Below, in pieces: positions 49,715-62,206 of a stretch of DNA of 64,000 nt. Origin of the DNA: Mobula hypostoma. Taxonomy: Eukaryota. The translations under genes and the position numbers were made by a program. Location of the stretch: positions 116,376,001 to 116,440,000 of the forward strand of contig NC_086097.1 in assembly GCF_963921235.1 (NCBI RefSeq), given 5' to 3'. Each line of letters starts with the position of its first letter. Within the stretch, counting starts at the first letter, position 1. The notes beneath the pieces were generated by a model. The model was not told the DNA's origin, did no database searches, and was given only the letters and a program-made list of their open reading frames with translations.

Positions 49715-52400
49715 ATCACAAACAAGAGAAAATCTGCAAAAGCTAGAAATCCAAGCAACAGGCACAAAATGCAGGAGGAACTCAGCAGGCCAGGCAGCAT
49801 CTGTGGGAAAGAGTTGAGTTGATGTTTCAGGCCGAGATCCTTTGGCAAGACTGGAGAAAAAAAGCTGAGGGGTAGATTTAAAAGGTGGGGGGAGGGGAGG
49901 GAGAAACTCAAGGTACAGGTGCCCCCGCTTTTCGAACGTTCACTTTACGAAACCTCACTGTTACGAAAGACCTACATTAGTTCCCTGTTTTCGCTAACAG
50001 AAAGTGTTTTCACTGTTACGGAAAAATCAGCACATGAAAAAAAGCAGTGCACGCCCCGAGCAGCCGCTCTTCCCCGGATTCGGAACAGCATTCTCGTTGG
50101 CATTGCTTAGACACGTGCCTGTGAGCAGCCGTTAGCAAGATGAGTTCTAAGGTATCGAAAAAGCCTAAAAAAGCTCGTAAGGGTGTTACATTTAGCGTAA
50201 AACTAGACATAATTAAGCGTTTCGATCGTGGTGAACGAAGTAAGGATGAAGTGAGTTTGGCCTGTGGAAGTTGACGAAAATGATGTTGAAGCGGTTTCGG
50301 CATCCCATGACCAAGAACTGATAGATGAAGAGCTGATGCAATTGGAAGAGGAAAGGATAACAATCGAAACCTCAGTATCCCACCACCCCAAACCCCAGGC
50401 CGCAGGCAGATACTGATTCGTGGAGAATGCAGCGGTAGCCGGGAGGCACCCAGAACGTCTTTAAGAAAAAGGTCGAAATAAACAAGCTAATTAATTAGGT
50501 GCCACTCAGCACATAAATGTCGGCCCAGATCAGAAGCGATTGCCGATTTCACTTGCTCCATGTAATTGCCTCTGATCTGGGCCGACATTTACGTGCTGGG
50601 CGGCACCTAATTAATTAGCTTGTTTATTTCGGCTTTTTTTCTTAAAGATGTGCTGGGTGGGTCCTAGCTACTGCTGTACTCCTGCATGCTTCGCGGATCG
50701 GTATCGGTTTGCTGCCTGGAGGGTGGGGGCCTCTGCACTGCCCCAACCTCCGACTCAGCCTGACACACAATCATCACTGTGCTCGGCGCTGTCCCAATTC
50801 TGGTAAGTGAAACTACACTGTACATACATTATTTCTACTTTATATAGGCTGTGAATTTTTATGTGTTATTTGGTATGATTTGGCAGCTTCATAGCTTAAA
50901 GGTTACTGGAGAGCGCTTGCGTAAGATTTTCTGTCAACGCTGCTTGCGCCATGTTTCTGCCAAGAGCGCTTGTATGAGATTTTCGCTGCGGAGAACAATG
51001 CAGGCAATCGTTGTAGAGAAGTATTTCTAATTTACATAGGCTGTGTATTTATCATATCATTCCTGCTTTTACTATATGTTACTGTTATTTTAGGTTTTAT
51101 GTGTTATTTGGCATGATTTGGTCGGTTATTTTTGGGTCTGCGAACGCTCACAAATTTTTCCCATATAAATAAATGGTAATTGCTTCTTCGCTTTACGACA
51201 TTCCAGCTTACGAACTATTTCAAAGAAACGCTCTACCTTCGGATGGCGGGGGAAACCGGTAATGTTTGAAACCTGAAGGGGGAGGGATGAAGTAAGGAGC
51301 TGAGAAGTTGATTGGTGAAAGAGATACAGGGCTGGCGAATGAGGAATCTGATAGGAGAGGACAGGAGACCGTGAAAGAAAGAAAAAGGGGGAGGAGCACC
51401 AGAGGCAGGCGATGTGCAAGCAAGGAGATAAGGTGAAAGAGGGAAAGGGGGATGGGGAATGGTGACGGGAGGATATTACCAGATGTTTGAAAAATTAATG
51501 TTTATACCATCAGGTTGGAGGCTTCCCAGACCAAATATAAGGTGTTGTTCCTCCATACTGAGTGTGGCCTCATCACAACTGTAGAGGAGGCCATGGATAG
51601 ACATATTGGAATGGGAAGTGGCACTACGAGGGATTATCTCTGGGAGATCCTACCTTTTCTGGCAGATGGAGCACAGGTGCTCGGTGAAACAGTCTCCCAA
51701 TTTACGTGGCGTCTCACCAATATACAGGAGGACACAGCTGGAGCACCGAACATAGTATGTGACCCCAACAGACTCACAGGTGATATCTTGCCTCACCTGG
51801 AAAGACTGTAAGGGGCCCTGAATGGTAGTGAGGGAGGAGGTATAGGGGCATGTGTCGCACTTGTTCCACTTGCAAGGATAAGTGCCAGGAGGAAGATCAG
51901 TGGGGAGGGACAAATGGACAAGGGAGTTGCACAGGGAGCAATCCCTGTGGAAAGCAGAAAGTGTGGGTGGGGGGAGGGTAGGGAATGATGTGCTTGGTAC
52001 TGGGATCCCGTTGAAGATGGAGGGAGTTCCGGAGAATTACGTGCTGGATGTGGAGGCTGGTGGGATGGTAGGTGAGGACACAAGGAACCCTAACCCTGGT
52101 AGGGGGGGCAAGATGATGGAGTGAGAACAGACATGTATGAAATTGAAGAGATGCAGTTGAGGGAAGCTTTGATGTTGGAGTAAGGGAAGCCCTTTTCTTT
52201 GAAGAAGGAAGACACCTCCTTCATTCTGGAATGAAAAACCTCATCCTGCAGATTTGATGGAGATGGAGGAATCGAGAGAAGAGATGGCACTTTTACAAGT
52301 AACAGGGTGGGAGGAGGTATAGTCCAGGTAGCTCTGAGAGTCCATGGGTTTGTAATAGACATCAGTAGATAAGCTGTCTCCAGAGACAAAGATAGAGAGA
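49715..52400 (-). mobile_element. Degraded Penelope-like element interrupted by a Tigger-like transposon
   Basis: GIY-YIG remnant (YYVRCSSC.LLYIGET.RKLGD.F.EHL) at 51650-51913; pLTR end at 49715-49910. Confidence 0.88.
49916..51259 (+). mobile_element. Internally deleted pogo/Tigger DNA transposon
   Basis: CAGGTGCCCCCGC...GCGGGGGAAACCGG imperfect TIRs flanked by TA; MSSKVSKKPKKARKGVTFSVKLDIIKRFDRGER (CENP-B-type N-terminus) joined to VDENDVE....HDQELIDEELMQLEEE (Tigger C-terminus). Confidence 0.88.
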
Positions 52401-52634
52401 TCCTTCTTCACCATCATACCTTCAGTGCCTTCGTCTGCAAAAGGATCCTTGACTTCCTCATTGGAAGATTACATTCAGTGTGGGTCATAAGTAACATTTC
52501 CTCCTTGCTGATAATCAACACTGGTGCCCCACAAGGATGTGTGCTCAGAGTATTATACTGGCTCAGTACAAAGAATGTTCTCCAGTAGCATCTGATTTTT
52601 TTTTTCGGGCTGTCACTTTAAGTTTATGTTCATA

Positions 52635-53070
52635 AACAGAAGAGATGCTGCAGATTCTGGAAATCCAGAGTAACACACACACAATGCAGGAGGTATTCAA
52701 GAGGTCATATAGCATCTATGGAGGAAAATAAGTGATCAATGTTTCAGGCCAAGACCCTTCATCAGGACAGGATAGGAAAAGGAAGAAGGGGAAGGCACAC
52801 AAGCTGGGATCCGGGTGACGGGGAGGTGAAGGTGAAGTGAAAAGCTGTAAGGTGATAGGTAGAAAAGATAAAGGGCTGAAGAAGAAGGAACTTGAAAGGA
52901 GAGTGGACCCTGTGGGAAAGGGAAGGAGGAGGTACACCAGAGGGAGATGATATGCAGGTGAGGAGAAGAAAAGGGGCAAGAGGGAAGCCAGAATGGGAAA
53001 CACAAAAGAAAAGAAAGGGTAGAGAGGAGTAATTACCGGAAGTTGGAGAAATCAATGTTTATGCCATGAG
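52635..53070 (-). mobile_element. PLE pLTR fragment with HHR motif (~52737-52770)
   Basis: Minus strand GTCCTGATGAAGGGTCTTGGCCTGAAACATTGA; ends with the G.NIDFSNFR C-terminus. Confidence 0.8.
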
Positions 53071-53200
53071 TTTTTTTCAGCAGTCTATAAATGCAAACAG
53101 TTTTATTTTGGAATTGAAAGGTTGCTGTTGAACAGACAATCTGCCTTGGACCAACAAATAATTTAACTATATGCTTCATGTAGTTGAGAGTATCTAACAC

Positions 53201-53322
53201 CTCACAGGGCACAATACATGAGGCACCATGAACTAGTGAACCTGCATGAGGAGGAATTGTTCTGTTGCATGCTTCACCGTGGCAAAGCACACAAGGAGAG
53301 CTCTGTGAAGAGCAGCACAGAA
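53201..53322 (-). CDS. Tentative Cys-rich exon (LCCSSQSSPCVLCHGEACNRTIPPHAGSLVHGASCIVPCE)
   Basis: Strong polypyrimidine acceptor ..gttcctccttttcAG; open frame with 7 Cys and an NRT sequon; donor GAG|GTGTTA is weak. Confidence 0.4.
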
Positions 53323-54244
53323 CTGAAAAGGAGGAACAACGATTGGAAAGGAGAAGAAGGTTAATCAGTAAGAAAAGAGTTGAGGAAGGGGCTGGTCAAA
53401 ATCAATGCCAGCGTTAGCGTTAAGGGCTCACTCGGGGAGAGTTTCAAATGTTGGACTGAGACTTATTCAGGTAGATCTCCTGTAAGTAATGATGAAGCAG
53501 ACCCAACTAGAGTAATAATGAAGTAGATCTCACAATCACTGTCAAACCTACTTCTTGATGAGTTACCTCTCAATGATGTAGGCTACACGTACACGGAAAG
53601 CAACTAATGAAACGAGCCCCAATACGATGCTACAGATGCAAAGAAAAATAGTAAATTTCATGTCATTTACTTTAAGTCCCTGGTTTTCTAATTTGTTTCA
53701 GTCTTCATTAAAATTGACACATGTAATGCTGGAATTCTTTGTCCCGTCTATTTGCTTTATACATTTTGTTCCATTGCTTTATGATTTTAAGCACCCGTGT
53801 AAAATCAGTCTGCAATCTCCTTTGCTCTGGGAATAACAACAGCAGCCTCTCCAACAAACGCAGATTGCACAGCTCTCTAATCACCATAATTTTCAGTGAA
53901 TGAATCACTCTAGTATCTTACATTGTTCCCATTGTGTAATGACCAGAATTGGACACAATATCTCAAGTACAGTTAAAGTAGTATCTTACTGAGGTATAAC
54001 AAGTTAACTCAACAGGACATCCTTCATCAAATACTTAAATAGTCCTTCCCCAGTGACTATTATCATCTTTCTCTGACTGTTGTCTTTAACAGTTAGCCTA
54101 AGGTTAAGCTTTCAGGCCTGTAATTGCTGGATTCTTTTCTAATTTATTGTTTAAAAAATCTTTTATTATTGATTTGAAAGTTATTGCCCGTACCTCTGCA
54201 ATTTTGTCTGCATCTCATCCAGATTTGATACCTCATCTCCTTTA

Positions 54245-57200
54245 GGTAGTGCAATCACTCGAGTCAAGTATGATGTGCCCCTAAAGGGTGGTCTATTTCT
54301 TTTTTATTTAAAGAATAGGCCCTTCCAGTGAATCCCTGATTTAACCCTACATGGGACAATTTACAGTGACCAATTAACCTCAGGACCCAGAGAAAACCCA
54401 CACGTTCCAAGGGGAAGACGTACAGACTCTTTGCAGATGATGTCAGAATTGACCTCCAATCTTCAGCACTCTGAGCTGTAATAGCTTCATGCTAACCACT
54501 ACACTACCATGGCACCCGTTGGTGGGTCTCCAGAGGCTGTAGATGTCGATCATGGACCCACATATTCTAGTGCCGTGTGGGCAAGTGTAAGTGGTGGCTG
54601 TGGTTAGTGGTTGGGTCTTTTGGTTGTTAAGTCTCTCCTTTCACAGCTACCGCTTGTTCTTTGTGGCACAGCGGAGGTCGTTCTCATGTAGCACCATTCC
54701 GTCTTGAACAGATTTCCTCTAGCTCTACTTACTGAGTATAATGTCTTCCTAGCTTTTGGATATAATGGTGAATTTCTTCAGGCAGATTCTAATGCTATAC
54801 TTGAAACATTTCCTCTGCCCACCAGCGGCTCACTGACCTTGCTTCAACTGGGATTAAAGGATCTGTTTGGAAAGATGTGAGTTAGGAATTTGGATGACCT
54901 GACTTATCCATCGGACTTAGTATTGTTTTATCATGTTGGAAATGCTGTTCATGTCGACCTCCTCCAGTACACTACTGCTAGTGCATCTTCCCTTCCAGCT
55001 GATCGTCGAAGTTTTTCATAAGGATCTTTGGTACTATTGTTCCAGGGATTTCAGGTGCCCATAGTAGGTGGTCCCTGATTTAGCTCTACACAGTAATGTA
55101 GGGAGGATAACTGCTCTGTAAGCCATGTTTTGTTTGGACCTGTAAGTCTCCATCTTCAAAGACCCTTTTTCCTTAATCTCACATAGGCTCCACTGGTACT
55201 ACTCAACTACTAGTTGACTTCAGAGCCGATGTCTGCTATCGAGGAGAGAATGCTGCCAAGGTAGGGAAAGTGTGATGTGTGATATCACCAATTTTTATGG
55301 AGGGCTAGATAAATCGATGTTTGGGCAGTGGCTGATGTAGGACCAGTGTCAGTTTTATATTTGAGACAAAACCAAGCCCCTATATACCTGGACAAAGGCA
55401 TTCGGGATACATTGGAGGTCTTCCATGAGGCTCCATGATAGTAGTGATGCTGACCTTGTTCTCGGCTTTGAACCTTTTGAGATTGAAAAGCCTGCTGCCT
55501 ATTCTATACGTGTTTGGAATTCCCTGTGGTAGGTCTTGTCAAAGAAGTGAGGAATGGCAACAATAAAGATGGCAAATGGGGTGGGTGTAATGGTGCAGCT
55601 CTGTTTGACTCCTGTATTGACAGTGAAGGTTCTGATATAGCACTGCAACTGCTGAATGCAGTGTCTAACGTGCCACCATACAGTAGCCTCAGTATTTGTA
55701 AGAACTTGTCAGGGCAGCCATGTCTTGAAAGTATACACCAGGGAGCTTAGTGGTCTATGGTGTCAAATGCCTTTGTCAAATCTATAAAAGCCATGTTCAA
55801 GGCCTATTTTTGCTTATGGGATTTTTTCTGTAATTGGCATGCCATGAAGATCATGTCTGCAGTACCTCTTGATGGGCGAAAACCACAGAGCGATTCAGGG
55901 AGTTATTCCTCAGAGAGTGGAAGGAGCCGGTTGACAAGGAGACATGCAAGAACTTTACCTGTTGTTGACAAGAGGGAGATGCCTCTGTAATTGCCACAAT
56001 CTGCCATGTCTCCTTTCTTGGAGATGTCACCATTAGATCATCTCTAAGCTCTGAGGGCAGTTGTTCCTTTTCCTAGACCGTCAGGAAACACACTTGTATG
56101 TGGTGCAGGGGTGCTGGTCCACCTTCCTCGCGGAACTCTGCTGGAAACCTGGCATTGAAGAATCCTCTTGTGTCATCAGAGTCTGTCAGTCTCTGGATTC
56201 CAGGGCTTTCTCAATCCAGCAAGAGTTCTTCAGCTCCCTCTCCCTGCACTGGTCATTTGCCTTGGCTCTTAAATGTGCTTCTCTTTTGGCCTTGCTGTCG
56301 ATGTCATTCCGCCAGGCACAAAAGGCTTTCCTTTTCTTGGAGATCGCTTGCTCTACCTCCGTATCATTAGCATCAGGCCAATCCTGATATTTTCTGGATT
56401 TATATCCAAGGATTGTTTTGCAGGCTTCGAGGATGGTGGATTTAAATAGACCCCAGTGTTCTTCAATATCCTACATATATTCCCATTGGAAGTTCTCCCC
56501 AAATGGGTCCTGAAGGTGCTGTTGAGTGGCAATGTCAATTATGCTCTTGAGTTTTAGTCTTGGCCTGATCTGCTTCTTATGAACCCTCCTCTTTTTCATG
56601 AGTCTGATGGACATAGTGGAACTGATCAGGTGATGATCTATCCAGCAGTCATCTGTGCCATTTATGGCCCTTGTGATATTCACATGATGGTGATCCCTAG
56701 CTCAGACAATGACATGCTCAATGAAATACTGCTGTTTAGATTGGGGATGCTGTCAAGATGCCTTGAATTTGTTTTCCTGGTGGAAGAGAGTGTTTGTGAT
56801 GATAAGCTTGTGGTCAGCACATATGGAAAGAAGCAGTACTCTATTTGAGTTGATGTTGCCAATGGTTTATTTTCCTATGGTCCCCTTCCAAAGGCTGAGG
56901 ACCTGACCTCCTCTGATATTGATGTCACCGAATAGAATTATCTATTTTTATTTATTTATTGAGATGCAGTGCAGAAGAGGCCCTTTCAGCCATTCGAGCC
57001 ACACTGCCATCAATCCCCTAACTTAACACTAGACTATTCATGGGAACATGAATTCACACAACATGGGACAATTTACAGTGACCAAGTTAACCTATCAATT
57101 GGTACATCCTTGGACTGTGGGAGGTAAAGGGAGCACCCAGAGAAAACCCACATGATCACTGGGAGGAGGTACAAGCTCCTTATGGGCAGTGGCAGGAACT

Positions 57201-57370
57201 GAACCCGGGTCCCATCTGTACTGTAAAGCTAACCACTACACTACCGTTACCCTCCTTGGGGATACTTGATAGTGATATGTCCAGTCAAGCAAGGAAAGCC
57301 CCTTTGTCATATACATGTGAGTCCAATACACTGTACCATCCGGTATGGGGCACTGATAGAAACTGGAAAA
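54245..57370 (-). mobile_element. Long degraded RTE-clade (BovB-like) LINE, with SINE insertions at ~54300-54520 and ~56943-57250
   Basis: GNYRGISLLSTTGKVLA, ESLCGFRPSRGTADMIF, F.DLTKAFDT, FPYLGS and endonuclease-region remnants. Confidence 0.88.
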
Positions 57371-58057
57371 GATCAAAGGGGACTGTCCAAATTTCTATCG
57401 CCTCCTGAAGATATAGAGATGCTGCTGAGCTTTCTTGGCCATGTGGTTGCAACCCTAAAGCTATTTAAAGAAAGAAACAGAGCATGAATCTCTGAAACAT
57501 AACATACAATACTAAGAACTGTGATAAAGTAATACAGGAAAAGTGCAACAATTAAGAGCAACCAGTTTTTGTACAAGCACTCCAGCTAAGAACCCACCCC
57601 CAGCCCTCCATTAATACTCACTACTTATCGATTTTCAAGCAGATCAGTATCCTACCTATCTCTGTTATCATGAGTTCAGCAGCATTGTCTTCCTCAGTAA
57701 AGATAGATAAAATGTACACACTTAAACTTTGTATTGATCTCACTGATGCCGTCAACTCTCCTTGTCATAGCTGGAGAGTCATAAAGCACAGAATGGGCTC
57801 AGGTTGATTGCTAAGTATTGATCTATACAAATCACATTTACAAAGAATTGGTTTGCACCTTGGTGATTCAATCGCTTGTTGCTGGTACTTCTTAAATCTT
57901 GAGAGAGCACCTGTTTTCATCACCCGCTCAGGTGGTGCATTTCAGATTGCAACCATCCTCTGCGTGAAAACATTTTTCCTCAGGTCCCTCTATCCCTGTT
58001 AACCTTTATGCTAAACCTGCAACCCTCTAGTAATAGATATCTCTGCTACTATGTACC

Positions 58058-58188
58058 CCTGACGAAGGGTCTCGGCCCGAAACGTCAACTGTACTTCTTC
58101 CTAGAGACGCTGCCTGGCCTGCTGCGTTCACCAGCAACTTTTATGTGTGTTGCTTGAAATTCCAGCATCTGCAGATTACCTCGTGTTT
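58058..58188 (+). mobile_element. Young PLE terminal fragment beginning at the HHR core
   Basis: CTGACGAAGGGTCTCGGCCCGAAACGTC...CAGCATCTGCAGA..GTGTTT. Confidence 0.85.
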
Positions 58189-59130
58189 ACAGCCTCATGT
58201 TATCTGGCTGCTGTTTATAATTATTTATATGGATTAAATAGTTATATGGTTCCTAAGGTTGTTATAGCTAGGGATGGTATTGAGGATAAGCTCCCAATAG
58301 CTATTAAATGCTCCCAGTGGTGTATTTCTCAAATGACCTCTGTCAACCAAGTCCCGGTCTTGCCATTCACGTGTGGCTTAGCTACTAGGCCCAGTGGAAC
58401 TGTATCTACTGATAGTACAAGGGTCAAATGTGGGTTACTGGTACCTTAAAACCAGTTGCTAATGAATGTTGGGGCTCATCAGCCGTGGTTGACAACTCAT
58501 CCAGAAGAAGGAAAACTCTGATCTCAAACCTCTGCTGCCTTGCATCTATAGCCACTCATGGGGAAGGCTGCGGCAGTAAACCCGAGGGAAAATCCAAAGC
58601 TGGAGTCTCTAAGGTAGTTCTACATTGAGTTCAATGTAGAATGGCAACTGCTGGGACCAAACTGTTCCCCATTCCTTTGGATTCATCAGCTGAGTGAAGA
58701 GTGGGAGCCTGCTAAATGGGCAACAGCTTACTCTTCATGCAATACACATCAAAGTTGCTGGTGAACGCAGCAGGCCAGGCAGCATCTGTAGGAAGAGGTG
58801 CAGTCGACGTTTCAGGCTGAGACCCTTCGTCAGGACTAACTGAAGGAAGGGTGAGTAAGGGATTTGAAATTTGGAGGGGGAGGGGGAGATCCAAAATGAT
58901 AGGAGAAGACAGGAGGGGGAGGGATAGAGCCAAGAGCTGGACAGATGATAGGCAAAAGGGGATACGAGAGGATCATGGGACAGGAGGTCCGGGAAGAAAG
59001 ACGGCGGGGGGGGACCCAGAGGATGGGCAAGAGGTATATTCAGAGGGACAGAGGGAGAAAAAGGAGAGTGAGAGAAAGAATGTGTGCATAAAAATAAGTA
59101 ACAGATGGGGTACGAGGGGGAGGTGGGGCC

Positions 59131-59610
59131 TTAGCGGAAGTTAGAGAAGTCGATGTTCATGCCATCAGGTTGGAGGCTACCCAGACGGAATATAAGGTGT
59201 TGTTCCTCCAACCTGAGTGTGGCTTCATCTTGACAGTAGAGGAGGCCGTGGATAGACATATCACAATGGAAATGGGACGTGGAATTAAAATGTGTGGCCA
59301 CTGGGAGATCCTGCTTTCTCTGGCGGACAGAGCGTAGATGTTCAGCAAAGCGGTCTCCCAGTCTGCGTCGGGTCTCGCCAATATATAAAAGGCCACATCG
59401 GGAGCACCGGATGCAGTATATCACCCCAGTCGACTCACAGGTGAAGTGTTGCCTCGCCTGGAAGGACTGTTTGGGGCCCTGAATGGTGGTAAGGGAGGAA
59501 GTGTAAGGGCATGTGTAGCACTTGTTCCGCTTACACGGATAAGTGCCAGGAGGGAGATCAATGGGGAGGGATGGGGGGGACGAATGGACAAGGGAGTTGT
59601 GTAGGGAGCG
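59131..59610 (-). pseudogene. PLE GIY-YIG endonuclease domain (5'-truncated, open frame)
   Basis: VIYCIRCSRCGLLYIGETRRRLGDRFAEH...HFN...RLEEQHLIFRLGSLQPDGMN. Confidence 0.92.
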
Positions 59611-59966
59611 ATATTCCGTCTGGATAGCCTCCAACCTGATGGCATGAACATCGACTTCTCTAACTTCCGCTAAGGCCCCACCTCCCCCTCGTACCCCATC
59701 TGTTACTTATTTTTATGCACACATTCTTTCTCTCACTCTCCTTTTTCTCCCTCTGTCCCTCTGAATATACCTCTTGCCCATCCTCTGGGTCACCCCCCCC
59801 CGTCTTTCTTCCCGGACCTCCTGTCCCATGATCCTCTCGTATCCCCTTTTGCCTATCACCTGTCCAGCTCTTGGCTCTATCCCTCCCCCTCCTGTCTTCT
59901 CCTATCATTTTGGATCTCCCCCTCCCCCTCCAACTTTCAAATCCCTTACTCACTCTTCCTTCAGTT

Positions 59967-60002
59967 AGTCCTGACGAAGGGTCTCGGCCTGAAACGTCGA
60001 CT
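59967..60002 (+). ncRNA. Minimal type I hammerhead ribozyme motif in the pLTR
   Basis: AGTC-CTGACGA-AGG(GTCTCGG)CCT-GAAACGTC^GACT. Confidence 0.8.
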
Positions 60003-60339
60003 GCACCTCTTCCTAGAGATGCTGCCTGGCCTGCTGCGTTCACCAGCAACTTTGATGTGTGTTGCTTGAATTTCCAGCATCTGCAGAATTCCTGTTGTTT
60101 GAGTTTACTCTTCATATTGTGCTGCCCTGGCTTGTGTATCATGTGGACAGCTGGGACACAATGTCCATGATCAATCCTGACTAACAGAGGGCTTCAAAAT
60201 TAATTTTTAACAAATAAGTTTAAAACCATATATTGAAATAGGCTCATTTCTGAAACATCATTCAACATAGACGATTGTGGTGTCATGCACGTACGTAGAT
60301 CCTATATGAGGTATCTGTCCAAAAATGCTTTGTCAGAAT

Positions 60340-60740
60340 TGGAATTGATTTATTATTGTCAAATATACCAAGGTGAAAGGCTTGTCTTGCATACAGTACA
60401 TACAGATTAATTCATCACACAGTGTACTGAGGTGGAACAAAGTAAAGCAATGGGAGCTTGCAGAATATAGAGGACGTGCAAGTAGACCACAGCTGCCAGG
60501 TCAAGAGTCCATCCTAGCAAAGTAGTAAACCATTCAGTAGTCTTATAGCAGTGGGATAGAAGCTGTCCTTGAGCCTGGTGGAATGTGCTTTTTATCTTTT
60601 GCCCGATGGAAGAGAGGAGAAGAGAGGATGTCCTGAGTGTGTGGAGCTTTTGATTATGCTGGCTTTTTTACTGAGGCAGCAAGATGTATTACAGAGATTA
60701 TGGAGAGGAGGCTGATATCTGTGATGTGTTGTGATGTCTG
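60340..60740 (-). mobile_element. Rex1/Babar 3' fragment
   Basis: Reverse of ..RLKDSFYPTAIRLLN. Confidence 0.65.
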
Positions 60741-61149
60741 TACATCGAAACATTTATATGTGATAAAACAAAAGATCTGTATCTGAATCATTATTTCCCA
60801 ATTAGGATCAAGGTTCATTTATCATGTGCACATTGAAATATACTGAGGTTGGGTGGCACTACAACTCAAGGTCATGGGTTAAGGGTGAAAGATGAAAAGT
60901 TTAAGGGGAACATGAGGTGAAACTTCTTCACTCAGAGACTTGTGAGTGTAGAATAAGCTACCAGCACAAGTGAGCTCGATTTCAATGTTTAAGAGAAGTT
61001 TGAAATAGGTACATTAAAGGTACGGAGTGCTATGTTCATGGTGCGGGTCAATGGGAGTAGGCAGTTTAAGTACTTCAGCATGGACTAGATGGCCTGAAGG
61101 ACTTGTTTCTGTGCAGCACATTTCTATGGCTCTTGGAGTTACACATTGA

Positions 61150-61812
61150 CTGCAGTTCTTTGCGGAATGGGAGCCGCTCTCAGGGTTTCGCAACTGGCCA
61201 TTATTCGGCATGCCAAGGGCTCAGCCTAAAAGCTCAGCTTGCCTTCAGAGGGCTGAGCTCTCGTGGCTCTGGAGACAGGTGAATCAAAGGTCAGTGTCCG
61301 GACAGGAGATCGGTGTGTCATGGGAGATGGAAGATCTAAGGCTGTGTGCTCAGAGACCCAAAATCTTTGGGTACAGAGCTCGGAAAAAGCGATGCAACGG
61401 ATTTTTAACATTGCAAACCAGTGAGTTGTTTGTTCTGTCTCCCCTCTCACTGTGAAATGCAGACACCTCTTTCTCCCTTATTAAGGAGAGAGCCTGTGGT
61501 ATGTCGAATATCGGGTGAACAAGTAGCCTTTGGAATATTGTAAGTCTGTGTCTTTGCTGTTGCTTTGCTCACGCTTGAGTGCTCAGTGGCAGGTGCCGAT
61601 GCTTTTTTTGCTGGTGGGGGGAGGGGGATTGTTGCTTGCTGCCGCTTATGCGTGGGAGGGAGAGGAGCGGGGGTGAACTTGGGGTTCTCATGTTTAACTG
61701 TTGTTCATTCTTTGGGGGCACCCCTCTGTTTTTGTGGTTGGTTGCAAAGATATTTTAGGGTGTATATTGTATACATTTCTCTGACATTAAATGTACCTTT
61801 GAAACCTTTGAA
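61150..61812 (+). mobile_element. Non-autonomous retroposon (family B), copy 2
   Basis: Colinear with 19135-19790; tail CCTTTGAAACCTTTGAAA. Confidence 0.75.
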
Positions 61813-62206
61813 AGCTCCATATCTCTATGGAATACAGTGGAATGCATCGTCCATGCCAACAACCAACACACAAGGATGTGCTGGGGTGAGCTTGTAAGTG
61901 TGGCCACATATTCCAACACCAGTATAGCATGACCACAATGCTCAGCAGAACAACCGATGCCCTGTATTTTTGACTTGTAACTTTTGTTTATTTTCAAAAG
62001 TATTGGGTAGACATCCTGGACTGCAAATTTTTGAAATAGTCCCCTAATAGCTATTTCACTCATTTATGTTTCACGGCCAACAGGATCCTGCAGCCGAATG
62101 ATTCATGTCATTGCTGGAGCAATCACAGTCTTATCCCACTACTAGCCTCTCATCCCTTTGACACTATTTCAGCTGTTTCTGCTGCTGTATGTACATTCTC
62201 CCTATA

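Larger units (their letters stand above)
58739..60104 (-). mobile_element. Young truncated Penelope-like element with inverted pLTRs
   Basis: 455-bp inverted arms 58739-59193 / 59611-60065; TSD TTACTCTTCAT (58728-58738 and 60105-60115); HHR motifs at 58802-58837 (-) and 59967-60002 (+). Confidence 0.95.
58200..60195 (+). mobile_element. RTE-derived non-autonomous repeat split by the PLE (58200-58738 and 60116-60195)
   Basis: Both flanks match the reverse complement of 3570-3885 across the insertion point. Confidence 0.55.

Noticed and set aside
58851..60170. Overlapping mirrored ORFs in the inverted arms
   Set aside because: Artefacts of the purine/pyrimidine-skewed pLTR sequence
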